Shown here: positions 49,996-61,150 of the stretch, piece by piece
Layout of the letters: the number at the start of each line of letters is the position of its first letter
Numbering within the stretch: the stretch's first letter is position 1
Source: Lama guanicoe
Taxonomy: Eukaryota
NCBI GenBank assembly: GCA_013239625.1
Contig: MU054391.1
Span: 620,001 to 684,000, forward strand
Direction: 5' to 3'
Length of the DNA stretch: 64,000 nt
Translations under genes and position numbers: made by a program
The notes under the pieces: model-generated
What the model was told of the DNA's origin: nothing
What the model saw: only the letters and a program-made list of their open reading frames with translations
Databases searched by the model: none

Positions 49996-52750
49996 CTACC
50001 GAGGTGGAGACGGAGCCCTTCGCTCGAAAGGAAGAGGCTTCCAGGCTAAGAGCTGGTCGCTTTCAGGGCTCGCCTTCGATGCTCTGAGTCATCGCACTTG
50101 AAAACCTGGCGACTGGACGACGAGGGCCCTCTTTCCGAGAAGGAGCTAAGGAGGGTAGGTTCCCGCTGTGTCAGCTTCTGCCGGCGCCTGCGCAGAGATC
50201 AGCACAGGACAGCCGTGCGTTTGACCCGCTGCTTCCACTGTGTGATGGGCTGTTTGTTTGGATCAGGGTCATGGCTGCTGCTCAGACGTCTCCTTCGTCT
50301 GTATCTGATCCTGCACAGGTAAGGCTTAAATTACCTGTGAGCTAGTCACCTGTGAGGTGCGTCACGTCGCCCCGTGGGCACCAGGCGGGCACATCTGCCT
50401 GCACGTGATGGCTTCCGCCCTGTGTGGCGTAAAGGCTGCCGTGGCTTCCCGGCGGCTCTTCCTCCCTCTAACGCCCCAGGGAGAGTTGCTGTGGTCGAGG
50501 GGCTTTCGTGTGCTGCCCTCTGGCCTCCACCTACCACTGGACACCCACACTTCATGCCTCAGCTCAGCGGGAGAGCTGCCCGTCTGCACGGGTGGCAGGG
50601 ACGCAGGCGTGCGGCTCCGTCCCTCCCCGGGGTCTCTGACCGGGTTGGGGTGTTCGAGGTGCCAGCAAGCCCGGCAGCAGGGCCTCCAGCCTTCCAGGGT
50701 CTTCCATGGTGGGCTCTGGCCGAAGACAAGGAGGCAGAGGCATCCATGGGGAGCGTGTGGCCCCGGAGGGCCGGGCTGCAGACGTGTGTGCCCCCAGACG
50801 CGAGCGGGCCATGGGAGGCGTGGGAGGAGGGCGCCTGGCTGGGTGTCAGCGGGAGGCTTCCCGTGAGCTCTGCGTAGGTGCTGACCCGCTCACCAGAGCC
50901 GGGACCTCCTGTGATGCCCACCGGCCGGCTCCTCACTGGGGGCCGTGTTCGCCCAGCCTGCAGCTCACCCTCTGACCCGAGCACAGCGGAGCCTGGGCCC
51001 TGGAGCGGCCTGACCGCACCGTCTGGGTGGTCACCTCTCAACAGCCAGGTCAGGGACAAGACCCTTAGAATTCATTGTGACATCAAACGTGCACAGGTGC
51101 CACCAGGACCCAAGAGTCACAGTGACATCAAAAAAGACCCAAATGGGCAGCCAGGGCCCCCATAGGGATGACAGGTCACAGGGGGACGGCAGGCAGGCCC
51201 CGGGCTCCGGGCAGGAATGCTCTATGTCTGCGTCCCGGGAGCCCAGTCCAGCCCGCGTCCTGAACTGGGCCCCCGCGCCCGGCCTTGTCCTCAGGGGTGA
51301 GACTGCTTCTGGTCAGGGACAGGGGAGCAGGCACGTGGGAAATGCTTGCAGTGGGGGCTGAGGTGGGGGAGCCCTCCAGGACGCCGGGGGATGAGGCCCT
51401 GCCAGAGGAGGACAGTGCTGAGAGATGTGCCCTTCAGGGGGTCATCAGGGCCATCTGGTGCCCCAACTTCTGCCGCAGAACAGACTCCAGGCGGGTGTCC
51501 CCATGTGACCTGGGTCCTGGGGCGCGTCTGCCTGAGCAGGGCCCTGCAGTTCCCCGGGCCAGCGCCCCACCCCTGCCCCGGCCTCGGCCCGGCCTCGGGG
51601 AGAAAAGCTGGGGGTTTGGATGAAAGTTAAGGAAAGCTCCCGCTCGCCTCGGACGAGATTCCAGTCGGAGCACAGCTGGGGCCAAGGCTGCAGTCAGTGG
51701 GGAGGCTGACGTCCGAACAAGTAGACAAGACAGCCCTGGTGGGCAGGGAAGGCTCAGACCTCACACCTGCCCGAGGTCACGAAAGGGCAGCCCTGGGATC
51801 CTGGCGGTTCCTCTGGCAGGGAGGCTGTGCCCTGGTGGACGGTGGACGGGGGTCGGCAGTGACGGTCCCTGGCCTCATAAGCCCTCGGGTAAGTCCTCGG
51901 GCCTGAGAATCCCAGCAAGGCTGGCGACTGCCCGGGAGGGGACCACTGTGGGTGGGTGGGGGTCCAGGCCCCAGGCAGAGTGGGTGCTAACAGAACAGGA
52001 GCCCCGGCCTCTCCAGTGACGGCAACGTGAGGGAGATCCCACCTGGGCGTCGGGCCCTGCGAAGCCCCAGGGGAGGCGGCCGGCGTGTGGCCAGCGATGG
52101 GCCAGGCCAGCTGGTCACTGCCAGATCTGTGACCTTGACTCAGCCACAGAGGTCACTGCTCAGAACCTAACCTTATGTGTAGCACGAGGTGTGGACACTT
52201 ACCGGGGGGCTGCTGTGAGCGCATGGGGTTACAGGACCAAAGCCCCTGGGGTGTGGCCTCCGGCCGATGCTTAGAAAGGCCCGTATCCTCCCGCCCACCA
52301 CCTACTTGCCCACAGGGCACTGGGCGTCTGCACCCACGTGTGGGGCTGGGGACCTGCACACACAGACCGGGGCTCCTGGGAGCCCCAAGGGGCAGGCGTG
52401 CCTTTCAAGTCCCAGGGTTGTCGCCCGACTCAGTTCACTGACACGAGTCAGTGACATCGGGGCCCTCAAATCCTGGTGGGAGAGCTCTCACGCGGGCATC
52501 GCCGGGTGGCCCTCCAGGAGTGGCTGCTCAGGAAGGGCGTGTCATTAACACCCCGACCCCGACCCCGGACAGAAAGCCAGCGTCCAGTGGCCCCAGCAGG
52601 TTTTGCCCCCTAAATGATCTCAGCAGGAGACCAAGAGAAAAGGTGAGCCAATCGAGGCGAAAAGGGGTGAAGAACGAGGAAGGTGCCACCCCAGCGTCTC
52701 CTGGCGTCACAGCACTCGAGACGCTGGTTGAGGGCTTCACACACTGTTAC

Positions 52751-52854
52751 CTGAGTTCTGAGCTTGATCATGTCGGCTTCCATCTGGGAGTTGGACTCAT
52801 TCAGCTCCTTGATCTCCTCGTCCAGCTGCTTGATCTCCTCATCATTCTCGATGC
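52751..52854 (-). CDS. MYT1L: MYT1L third-last coding exon (coiled coil), 104 bp
   Basis: ttccag acceptor and gtaaca donor; encodes (G)[34 protein letters not shown]. Confidence 0.97.
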
Positions 52855-55800
52855 CTGGAACGACGGAGGGCGAGTCAGACCGCCCGCAGGCGGGGCTGGG
52901 CAGTCAGAGCCTTGTCTCAGCTCCTTCTAGACTTGGAACCAAATTTGCTGGGGAAGTGTACTCTGGGATTAAAAACATCGTCACAGTCTGTGTGTCTTCT
53001 GTCCCTACAACCATCCTGCTTACAATTAAGGCTCCTAAAAACGAAGAAGTTAACGGAGGGCACACAGACTACCCCCACCCCAAACCAGAAGGGTCCTTCT
53101 CCCTAGGATGGGTACCCAGGGCCTCTGGCTCCGGCCACAGCTATGTCCTGGACACGGACTTACCTTGTGCAGGTCACGAGTGGCCTCCTTGTTCACTCTC
53201 TCTCTGGTCTCTCTGTCTCTGTCTCTCTGTCTCTATCCCCCCCGTCCATCACTCTGAGAATCAGCCCGGCTCTGCAGACACATCTGCACATGAGCCAGCG
53301 GGCCCCCGCCCTCACCAAGTCTAGGAGTTGGGAAGGTGACCTGACAACAGACATGTAACCACACCCCTGATTCCTGGGAGCTGAGAAAGCCACCTCCCGT
53401 GGGAGGGAGCGTCGGGCAGCGACAGACAACAGGTCCCAGAAGGGCCCCCTGAATATCTGACCAATAACGACCCCCTCGTTCAGACCTGCGGGGTTGCCCA
53501 GCTTGGCTGGAACATCCTGCCCGAGCGGCGTCCTGAGGGGGTGTGCAGCCCACGAGGGCCTGGGGGAGCTGCACCTGCAGAGCATGCGCTTACAAGGGGT
53601 CTTCTCAAGGCCGGCTCTGCCGGTGGCTGCTGGGGTCAGAAAGGTCTCTATCCTCCTGGTGTTGGCAGTCAGTCCCCCACGGCTGAACTCCTGCCACTAA
53701 GGGTGCGGAGTGGCTGCCCCCACCACTCACACAGCTCAGCCAGGGATCTGCACTCAAAACTGGAGGAAAACACACGCAGCCCAGGCACCCAGGGGCCTGG
53801 GGGGCAGGCACTGTGGTCCAGCTTTGCAGACAGAGGGGTACAGTCCGCCCGCGGCGGGAGGCCCCGACATCCCTGAAATACAGCCAGAGACTGGTGAATG
53901 GGGTCCTCCCTCAACGAGACGTCGAGGGGACAAAGAAAAGAGAGTTGGGGAGATCAGCGGGGTTGGATCTTAACTGCCGATTTTAGTGAAATGAGAAAAA
54001 GACTGGAAGGAGTAAGCTGCCTTCTGCAGAGTTGCATTTCTTCCATGACGTCCCCTGTCCTCACAAAAGCCCTCGGGAGGAGCGTGCCATCGTGTTCAAT
54101 CTAATTGCCCACTTAATCAGCCCTCCTTCCCAGTCGTTTCTCCTGCTGACCCGCTCTGGTGTGGAAGCAGGCCTCCCCCGCACACGGGCTGCCCTCCGCC
54201 TCCGCCTTGCTCTGGCCACCACCCCACCCGAGGGATGGCTGTGGCCTCACCAGGAGCCACGCCTCTGCGTCCCTGAGCTCTGCTCGGCCTCTCAGGTCCC
54301 CAGGGTGCGTCCTCCGCTGGCACCTCGACTGCAAAGCCTCCCTATTTACCAAACGCACCCGAAAAGCAGCCGAGGATGCGATAGAAATACCGCCAGGAGC
54401 TTCCCAGGTGTGGGCTGCTCTCCCCCCGTTTACTTTATTACTGGTTTATTTATTCGCACCGTGTGCGAGTTTATGTGATCACGGCTCTGCCCCTCCCAGG
54501 CAGGCAGGGATCCTGTCCCTGGATCTCCCAGCCTGAGGGGCGCTGGGGAGCCACCAGCACTGCAGTTCAGTGGCTTGCTTCCCCTTTTCATACGTGACTA
54601 GACCTTTAGGGCAACCTTCCAAAATTGGGCGCTGGAACCGACTGAGTTAATGTCCCTAACGCTTGGCACACAGGAGGTGCCTGTCGGGGGCGGGCAGTGT
54701 GGCCATTCCTCTGCAGAAACAGCTCAGACGCACTTCGAGGTGAGACTGCCCAGGGCAGGAGAACCCTGATTTGTAAAGCAACCAAATCAGCAGTCAATTT
54801 ATTATTTCACAAAGATGCGTCCCAGCACTCAGCTACATTGCAAGCGGTCCGAACGCACTGGGAGCACCTCTCGTGCAAACCAGGAACACTCACAACCCCT
54901 TGCTCCTCGGGCTGTGACCGTCGGGTTTTCCAGGTGAGTTTCCGCGAAGATTTCTGAGCATGCTCTGAATGTCACAGGTCTTCAGTTTTTTAAGTTTGGA
55001 CGATTTGAAAACCTCCCTTTTTCCAGGTGTGTCTCGCAGTTGCTGTTGAAGACGAACCACGTGCAGGGAGGGGCCTCACGCCCTTCTCAGAAGCACAGAG
55101 CATCTCCCCGGTTCTCCTGTCCCGAGGTCCGGTGGCCTCGCGAGGCGTCCTGGTCCTTGTTCGGGGGCAGGCTGGGCTTGGAGCCACCGCTACACGTCCT
55201 AGTGCTCTGCGGCTCGGCTCCCCAGGCGGACCTTCTCCCCCTGGGGAGACGCCGGGCGAGGGAGACCCCCAGGAGCAGTCTCCTTCCACGTGCTAACTAA
55301 AACGTCCAGGTTCTACCTGCACGTGACGCGAACCTGCCAACGAGCAGCCTGACGGCATTTACAGAGACCGCTCTGGCCAGGGTTCGCACACGGAGCTGGT
55401 GTAGCTCTTCCCGGGGGCCACCTTCTGCAGACCCCAGAGCTAGCTGCTCAAAATACTGGATTTTAGATAACTCATGGTAGGAAGGGTGAAAAATGCCCTA
55501 CACAGCTGCTTCCAACACCAAGACTTCACGTTTCCCTTGAGAAGAGAGTGGAATTGTAGGCAAAAGAGTCCACTTCAGGGCTGGCAGTCTGAAGATCACT
55601 CCACTGTTATAAACCCCAGAGAACCATGGGAAAGGCCAGCATGCCTCAACACTCCAACTACGTCCCCTTAACTGGCTTGTCAGAGGCGCTCCGTCAATGG
55701 TCTCTCATACACAGCAAGGCACACAGAACGCCCCCAGCTCCAGCATCTTTGTCTTGGGGCTAGATTCTGGCCAATGGGAACTTAGAAGAATTTTGATACA

Positions 55801-55999
55801 GTCATGGGAAGAGAAGCTGGCATCTCTGGAATACAGGTGCGACCTTGGAGGGCCATTTCACTGGTTTGAATTTTGAGGGAAGAGTGTCCAACAATAATTA
55901 TGTTCTGTTTGACTTTCATGGAAAACCGTGTCTGAACAGGGGACAGAGACTGCGTTATGTCTGGAAGCATTTGTGAATGGCCTTGACGAGAGGTTTCAG

Positions 56000-56180
56000 G
56001 AGCCTGGGGTTTAGTGCCAGGCTTTGAAACGCGGCAAATCTAAATCCGTATCCTGGTACTTGAGAGTTCCGTGATGAGCAATTTTCTTAATGCCTTGGAA
56101 CCTCAAATCCCTCCGTTGCAAACAGGTCCCTCTCCTACACAGTGGGTGTAAGAAACGAGTGAGCTATGTGAGATGCCCGC
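56000..56180 (+). mobile_element. MIR SINE remnant
   Basis: GAGCAATTTTCTTAATGCCTTGGAACCTCAAATCCCTCCGTTGCAAA core. Confidence 0.5.
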
Positions 56181-56764
56181 CCCGCAGCGAGGTTCCCCAC
56201 ACGGGGGCCACGGAAGACGCCAACAGTCCTGCTTCTAGGGCACCCAGACAGTATCGGGGCGCTCGTGTCTGCGGGCGTATCTCTGTGTGCCGGAAAGCAG
56301 CACAGACTCATGTCGTCCTGCTGACCCAGGACAGTCGTGTCCGCTGACACACACTTAAAAGAAAAGCCAAATCTTGTATGTGGTCTAGTGTAGTGGGCTT
56401 CAATACTTGTTGAATTAAAGAATTAAAAAGAAGACATGCCTCTCTCTCATAAGTCCTGAAATTATCATCTAAAGGTTTTTATTGTGACTTAAATTAGTTG
56501 CCAAAAAGGTATATTTGTAGGAAATTATATGTTGCAGAGTTATTTCAGTATATTTCTATCAAAACCTTGGACCAGGTGTTTGACAAAACTTATGAAAAAA
56601 GTCTACTGTATAAACTAAGTGGCAAATCAAGATTTATTATCTAAACAACCTGTAGATCAAATCGGCCTTCTGACAGAGGCCGCTACCACTTTGAAGCCAA
56701 TCAGAGCAGCAGCGAGGCCCCCCAAGACGAACTTTCTGTCCCTAATTTTTATTCTAGGAGCAAT

Positions 56765-56880
56765 GAGTGGATGGGTGGGTGGATGGTGGGTGGAGGGATG
56801 GATGAGGGGGTGGGTGGGTGGATGGGTGGATGGGTGGAGGGTGGACGGGCGGAAGCACGCATGAGTGGGTGGGTGGAGAT
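56765..56880. repeat. Degenerate (GGAT/GGGT)n simple repeat
   Basis: GGATGGGTGGGTGGATGG tract. Confidence 0.9.
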
Positions 56881-59136
56881 GTGAGGTTCAGCCTGGATGA
56901 ACTGAAGAGCTCAGCACCGCTCCACTATGTCGTCCTGAAGCTCTCCCCGGACGTGCCTTCAGAAGCCCAGCTTTCGTGGGTGGTTCCTGGTTAGGCGCCT
57001 GCACATGTGCGAGTCCAGGACTGGTGGGGGGGCAGCCTTTCTTGGGTGGCCGTGGGGAAGGTGGGGGAACAGCTGGCAGATGACAGACTGATTCTCAGTT
57101 CATCGGATTCCAGAGACAGTCAGGTGGAATCTGAGGGTCTGGAAACAAATTTCCTTAGAGTTCCCCATGGCCACACGTCCCCAGCGGCCGCCCAGCGGGC
57201 GCCCCTGCTAGCCAGGGCAGTGCGGGTGCCCAGCCACGGTGAAGGCTGGGGGCTGGCTCTTCCAACTTACATCTACTTTTCCAAGAGAGAACCAGTCCTT
57301 CCAGGTCAACTGCCATGTCTGGCGGTTACAGAAGGAGGGCCCTGAATTTCTGTTGCCCTTTGCAGACGGCAGTTTGAGAGATGGCAACGGGGCAGTGGCC
57401 CGCTCCCTGGCCGTCCCGCCGGGTGTGGAGGCCTGCTGTCTTGATTTCTTTCTTTTCTGGGCCTGCACTGCCTTCCATCCATGAGTCATAAACTGGCACA
57501 GACTCAGATCAGTTTGCCTGAGATTCTTGCTTCAGAGCCAGGGTTGTGTTGGGGGTGAGGTGTCAGGCTAAACATTTTGGAACCAGCTCAGGGAATGTTG
57601 TTTCCTTCCTGGCAATGAGCACAGCCCTCGTCAGCGAGTGGGAGGTGGCGCTGGTGGCCCCGGGGTCTCAGACCGGCTCCGCATGCTGGGCTGGCTGGAG
57701 GACTGATGGGAGATGCGGGCCGACGCTGAGGGCCTGTCAGCTCGTCCCCACGGCTCCGGCAGCTGCCCTGCCCTGAGCAGAGGTGGGCGCAGAACACTGG
57801 GCTCTGAGCCTTCGAGGTGGAGACCCGGCTGTCTTCCTGGTAAATGATGACCGACGGGTTAAGAGTGCTTCTCCCCGAGCTGCCCGTGCTGTCCTCAGGA
57901 CCGAAGATGAGCGTCCAGCGAGCAGCAGGAGCCTCCAGGCCGAGGCCGGGGGCCCGCGCACCCGCAGACCGCGAGCTCCTCAGGGCTGTGTCCTGGCCCG
58001 TGGGGGCCCACCAGGGAGGGGCAGCCCCAGAACGTAGGAGGACTGGGGCCTGGGCTCCACCCGACGCCCAGTTCTGGGGGCCTGAGCTGTGACGGCTCCA
58101 GGGGGACCCCTGTTTTCCGGCACTCGGCTCCTGGAGGGACACAAAATCAGGGCAGTGCCTTGGCCAGAGCCCGGCGCCACCCCGTCCGTGGGAAAGCCTG
58201 CTCTGCCGGAGCGCCTTCCTTACGAAGTCCTCCCAGGGGCCGGGAGGGGAGGTCCAAGCTTGCTCCTCATTGGTGGAGTTCTGTTCTCTGAAGTCTCTGC
58301 AAACACCCCTGGTGACTGCTGGCCCTCGGCTCCTGGGGGCACACTGGGGACGCCCCCGGGAGCCTCTGTCTTCAGTGGATCAGCACCCGGCTTTCTGTTA
58401 AGGACGCCTTATCTAACGTATGCTGCCGATTCATGACCACTGAGCTCCTGGCCGACAGCCCTACGACCACAGCGGGACGCTGCCTCCCTCCGGCCCCACC
58501 CTCCCGGCCTCCTCAGTCAGGACACCAGGCAGCGCTGTCGCCCTGGCTCCGGCCTCCTCAACAGGGACGTCCTCAACAGAAAAACACGAACATTCGAAAA
58601 ACGCAGCGCCCAGTAGACCGTGAAGAGGACCCCGATTTATGGGATGAGCTGAAACGGGGGGCGGGGGGGCCTGGGAAGAGGGTGGCTGGGGGACACTCAG
58701 ACTTGCTCTGCACTGACTGGCCCTGAAAGCACCAGGCATGCTTTTACACACAGACCCTAGTGAGCAGGGACTTCACAGACGTGGCCCCCGAGGGTGGCTG
58801 GCGGGATCTCTGAGGCCTCCAGCCCCCACAGCCGGCCCTGCAGCTTCGTGGCCCCACGTGGCATCTGCAGGGAGGGACTGGCTGGTGGACTGGAGGGGTC
58901 CTGGCCCCCAAGTGAGAGTGCGGGAAATGGTGGGCGGGCTACGTGCAGCCGGAGGGACCCTGGCTTAGCCCCTGGGAGGCCCCCCAGGGCACAGGGGAGG
59001 GGATGGGGCCACAGTCGGGGGACGGCAGTGGGGAGGCTGCTTCCTCCCCAGTGGGTGGGCGTTGCACAGGCCAGAGGGCCCTCTGTGGCTGCTTCCTGAG
59101 GGGCGTGGCAGGAACGGTGGGCTTGGTCAGGGGTCA

Positions 59137-59487
<351 letters not shown>

Positions 59488-61131
59488 TCAGCCTTTCAGG
59501 GCTGCCAGGACACTTACGGAGTAATCATCTTGCTTTATGGCAGAAAGTTTCCAACTTGTACAAGGGTTGGATTCAAAACTTAATTTCCAACGACAGAAGT
59601 AAAGAGGGCAGAGTCATGAGCTCCCGCCAGACTCCCAGCCTGGCGCCCGGGGCCCCAGCTGTCCCACTGCCGTCAGCTGAGGGACCCCACACGGAGCCTC
59701 AGCTCCCCCACCTCCCCCGAGCGCCTGCACCGTGTGCCGGCACCTTGCAGGGAGGGTCCAGACCCCCAGGCGTCTCCTGACTTTGTCAGCGGTTCACTGC
59801 CAGGGGGTCTGCAAGTGCGCGTGGGCTGGGCACAAGGGGCCGACCCCCGTCTCGGTGGGACGGCTCCTCCCCGTTTCTTCCCCTCTGGGGATGTGTTGAG
59901 AACAAAGTCTGGGCCTGAGTGTCTGAGCCTGGGTGTCCTCGCACCTGCCCCTGGTGGCCCCCCCACCCGGCCGCCATCCCAAGGAGCCACACGGGATGGT
60001 CCCCCTGCACCTCCATCAGCGGCCCGCTGGCCCTTCATAGACGTGGCGCGAGAGCCCCTACGTGCATGTTCCTTCACACGTGTCAAGTTTCTATGTATAA
60101 TTTGGTGCTCCGTCCGCATCTCCAGGGCCAGGACCCCGTCCGTACGCCATGACGCGGGGTTGGGGTTCGCCGTAGCTACACCTGCACGCCCAGTGCTGGT
60201 GCAGGTCACGTGGCCACGAGCAACGGCTGGCACAGTCCGGCAGGAGGCCTCGGGCGTCTCCTCGCACAGGTTTTCTAACACGTTTTTCAGATGCAGATTT
60301 TAGCAGTGGTTTAGGGAAGACGTTATCTCTGCACAACACACGTCTCCTCTGCTCCTTGCAAGGAAGTTCCGAGCCGTTGGTCTGACGAGACGGTGCACCT
60401 GGTGACGGTGCCAAGGTGCCTCCGCACCTGCCGCGCTTTCCAGCACCTCCGGGGTCCACGCCCGCTCAGGGAGCTTCCGGGTTTACAGGGGAAGGGGCAG
60501 CGGGGACGCCAGCCCAGAGGACCTGCCTCCTGTTTGTATCATCCGGGCATCATCCCTGGGCCCAGCGTGCCGCCAGGTGCTCCAGGTACTTGCAGATTGC
60601 ATGCTGTGCTCTTGGGGTGACTCCCCACCCTGCTGTCCCCCTTGAACAGGAAGTGGTCAGAGGAGGTTAAGGACAGCACGAGGGTGGACGGCAACGAGAA
60701 GGAAGCCTCCACGCAGAGGCTGGCAGGGTGAGGGGCCAGGTGTTTCACGCGTGACTAGGCGGCTGGCGCCCAGACCAGAACACGCAGCAGGATGACCTGG
60801 AAGCAGATTAAAACTCAGATCCCTAGACCCGGGCTGAGGGTCAGAGCCAGATTTCAGTCTTAAGTCGCTCGTCTGAGTTTCCAGCTAACTGCACTGCCAG
60901 TTGGGAATGACAAATAACGGTGCCATTTCAGGAGGGAGACTGCAGCCTGAGTCAGGAACTAAATTAGGAGACAGACGGAGACAGGCCCACGGAACGGTGC
61001 GTTTTGTGCAGACACGCCTGTTCTCAGTCCCTCCCATTCCGATCCAGTGAGTGCATCCCAGCACGGGTCAAATTTGGAAGTGTGCAGAGCGGCCTGGCAG
61101 GGCGTGGGTGGCGAGAGCCCCAGCGAGGACA

Positions 61132-61150
61132 CAGTGCCACCTAGTGGCAG
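61132..61150 (-). promoter_or_regulatory. Candidate CTCF binding site in a MYT1L intron
   Basis: Reverse strand CTGCCACTAGGTGGCACTG fits the CTCF core CCASYAGRKGGCRS. Confidence 0.55.

Noticed and set aside
51077-51135. Repeated GTGACATCAAA (TCF/LEF-like)
   Set aside because: It is only an 11-bp repeat, and both copies lack the final G of the CAAAG consensus.
57208-57520. Possible cryptic MYT1L exon ending at a GTAAGT near 57265
   Set aside because: There is no convincing polypyrimidine acceptor upstream, and the peptide is unlike MYT1-family sequence.
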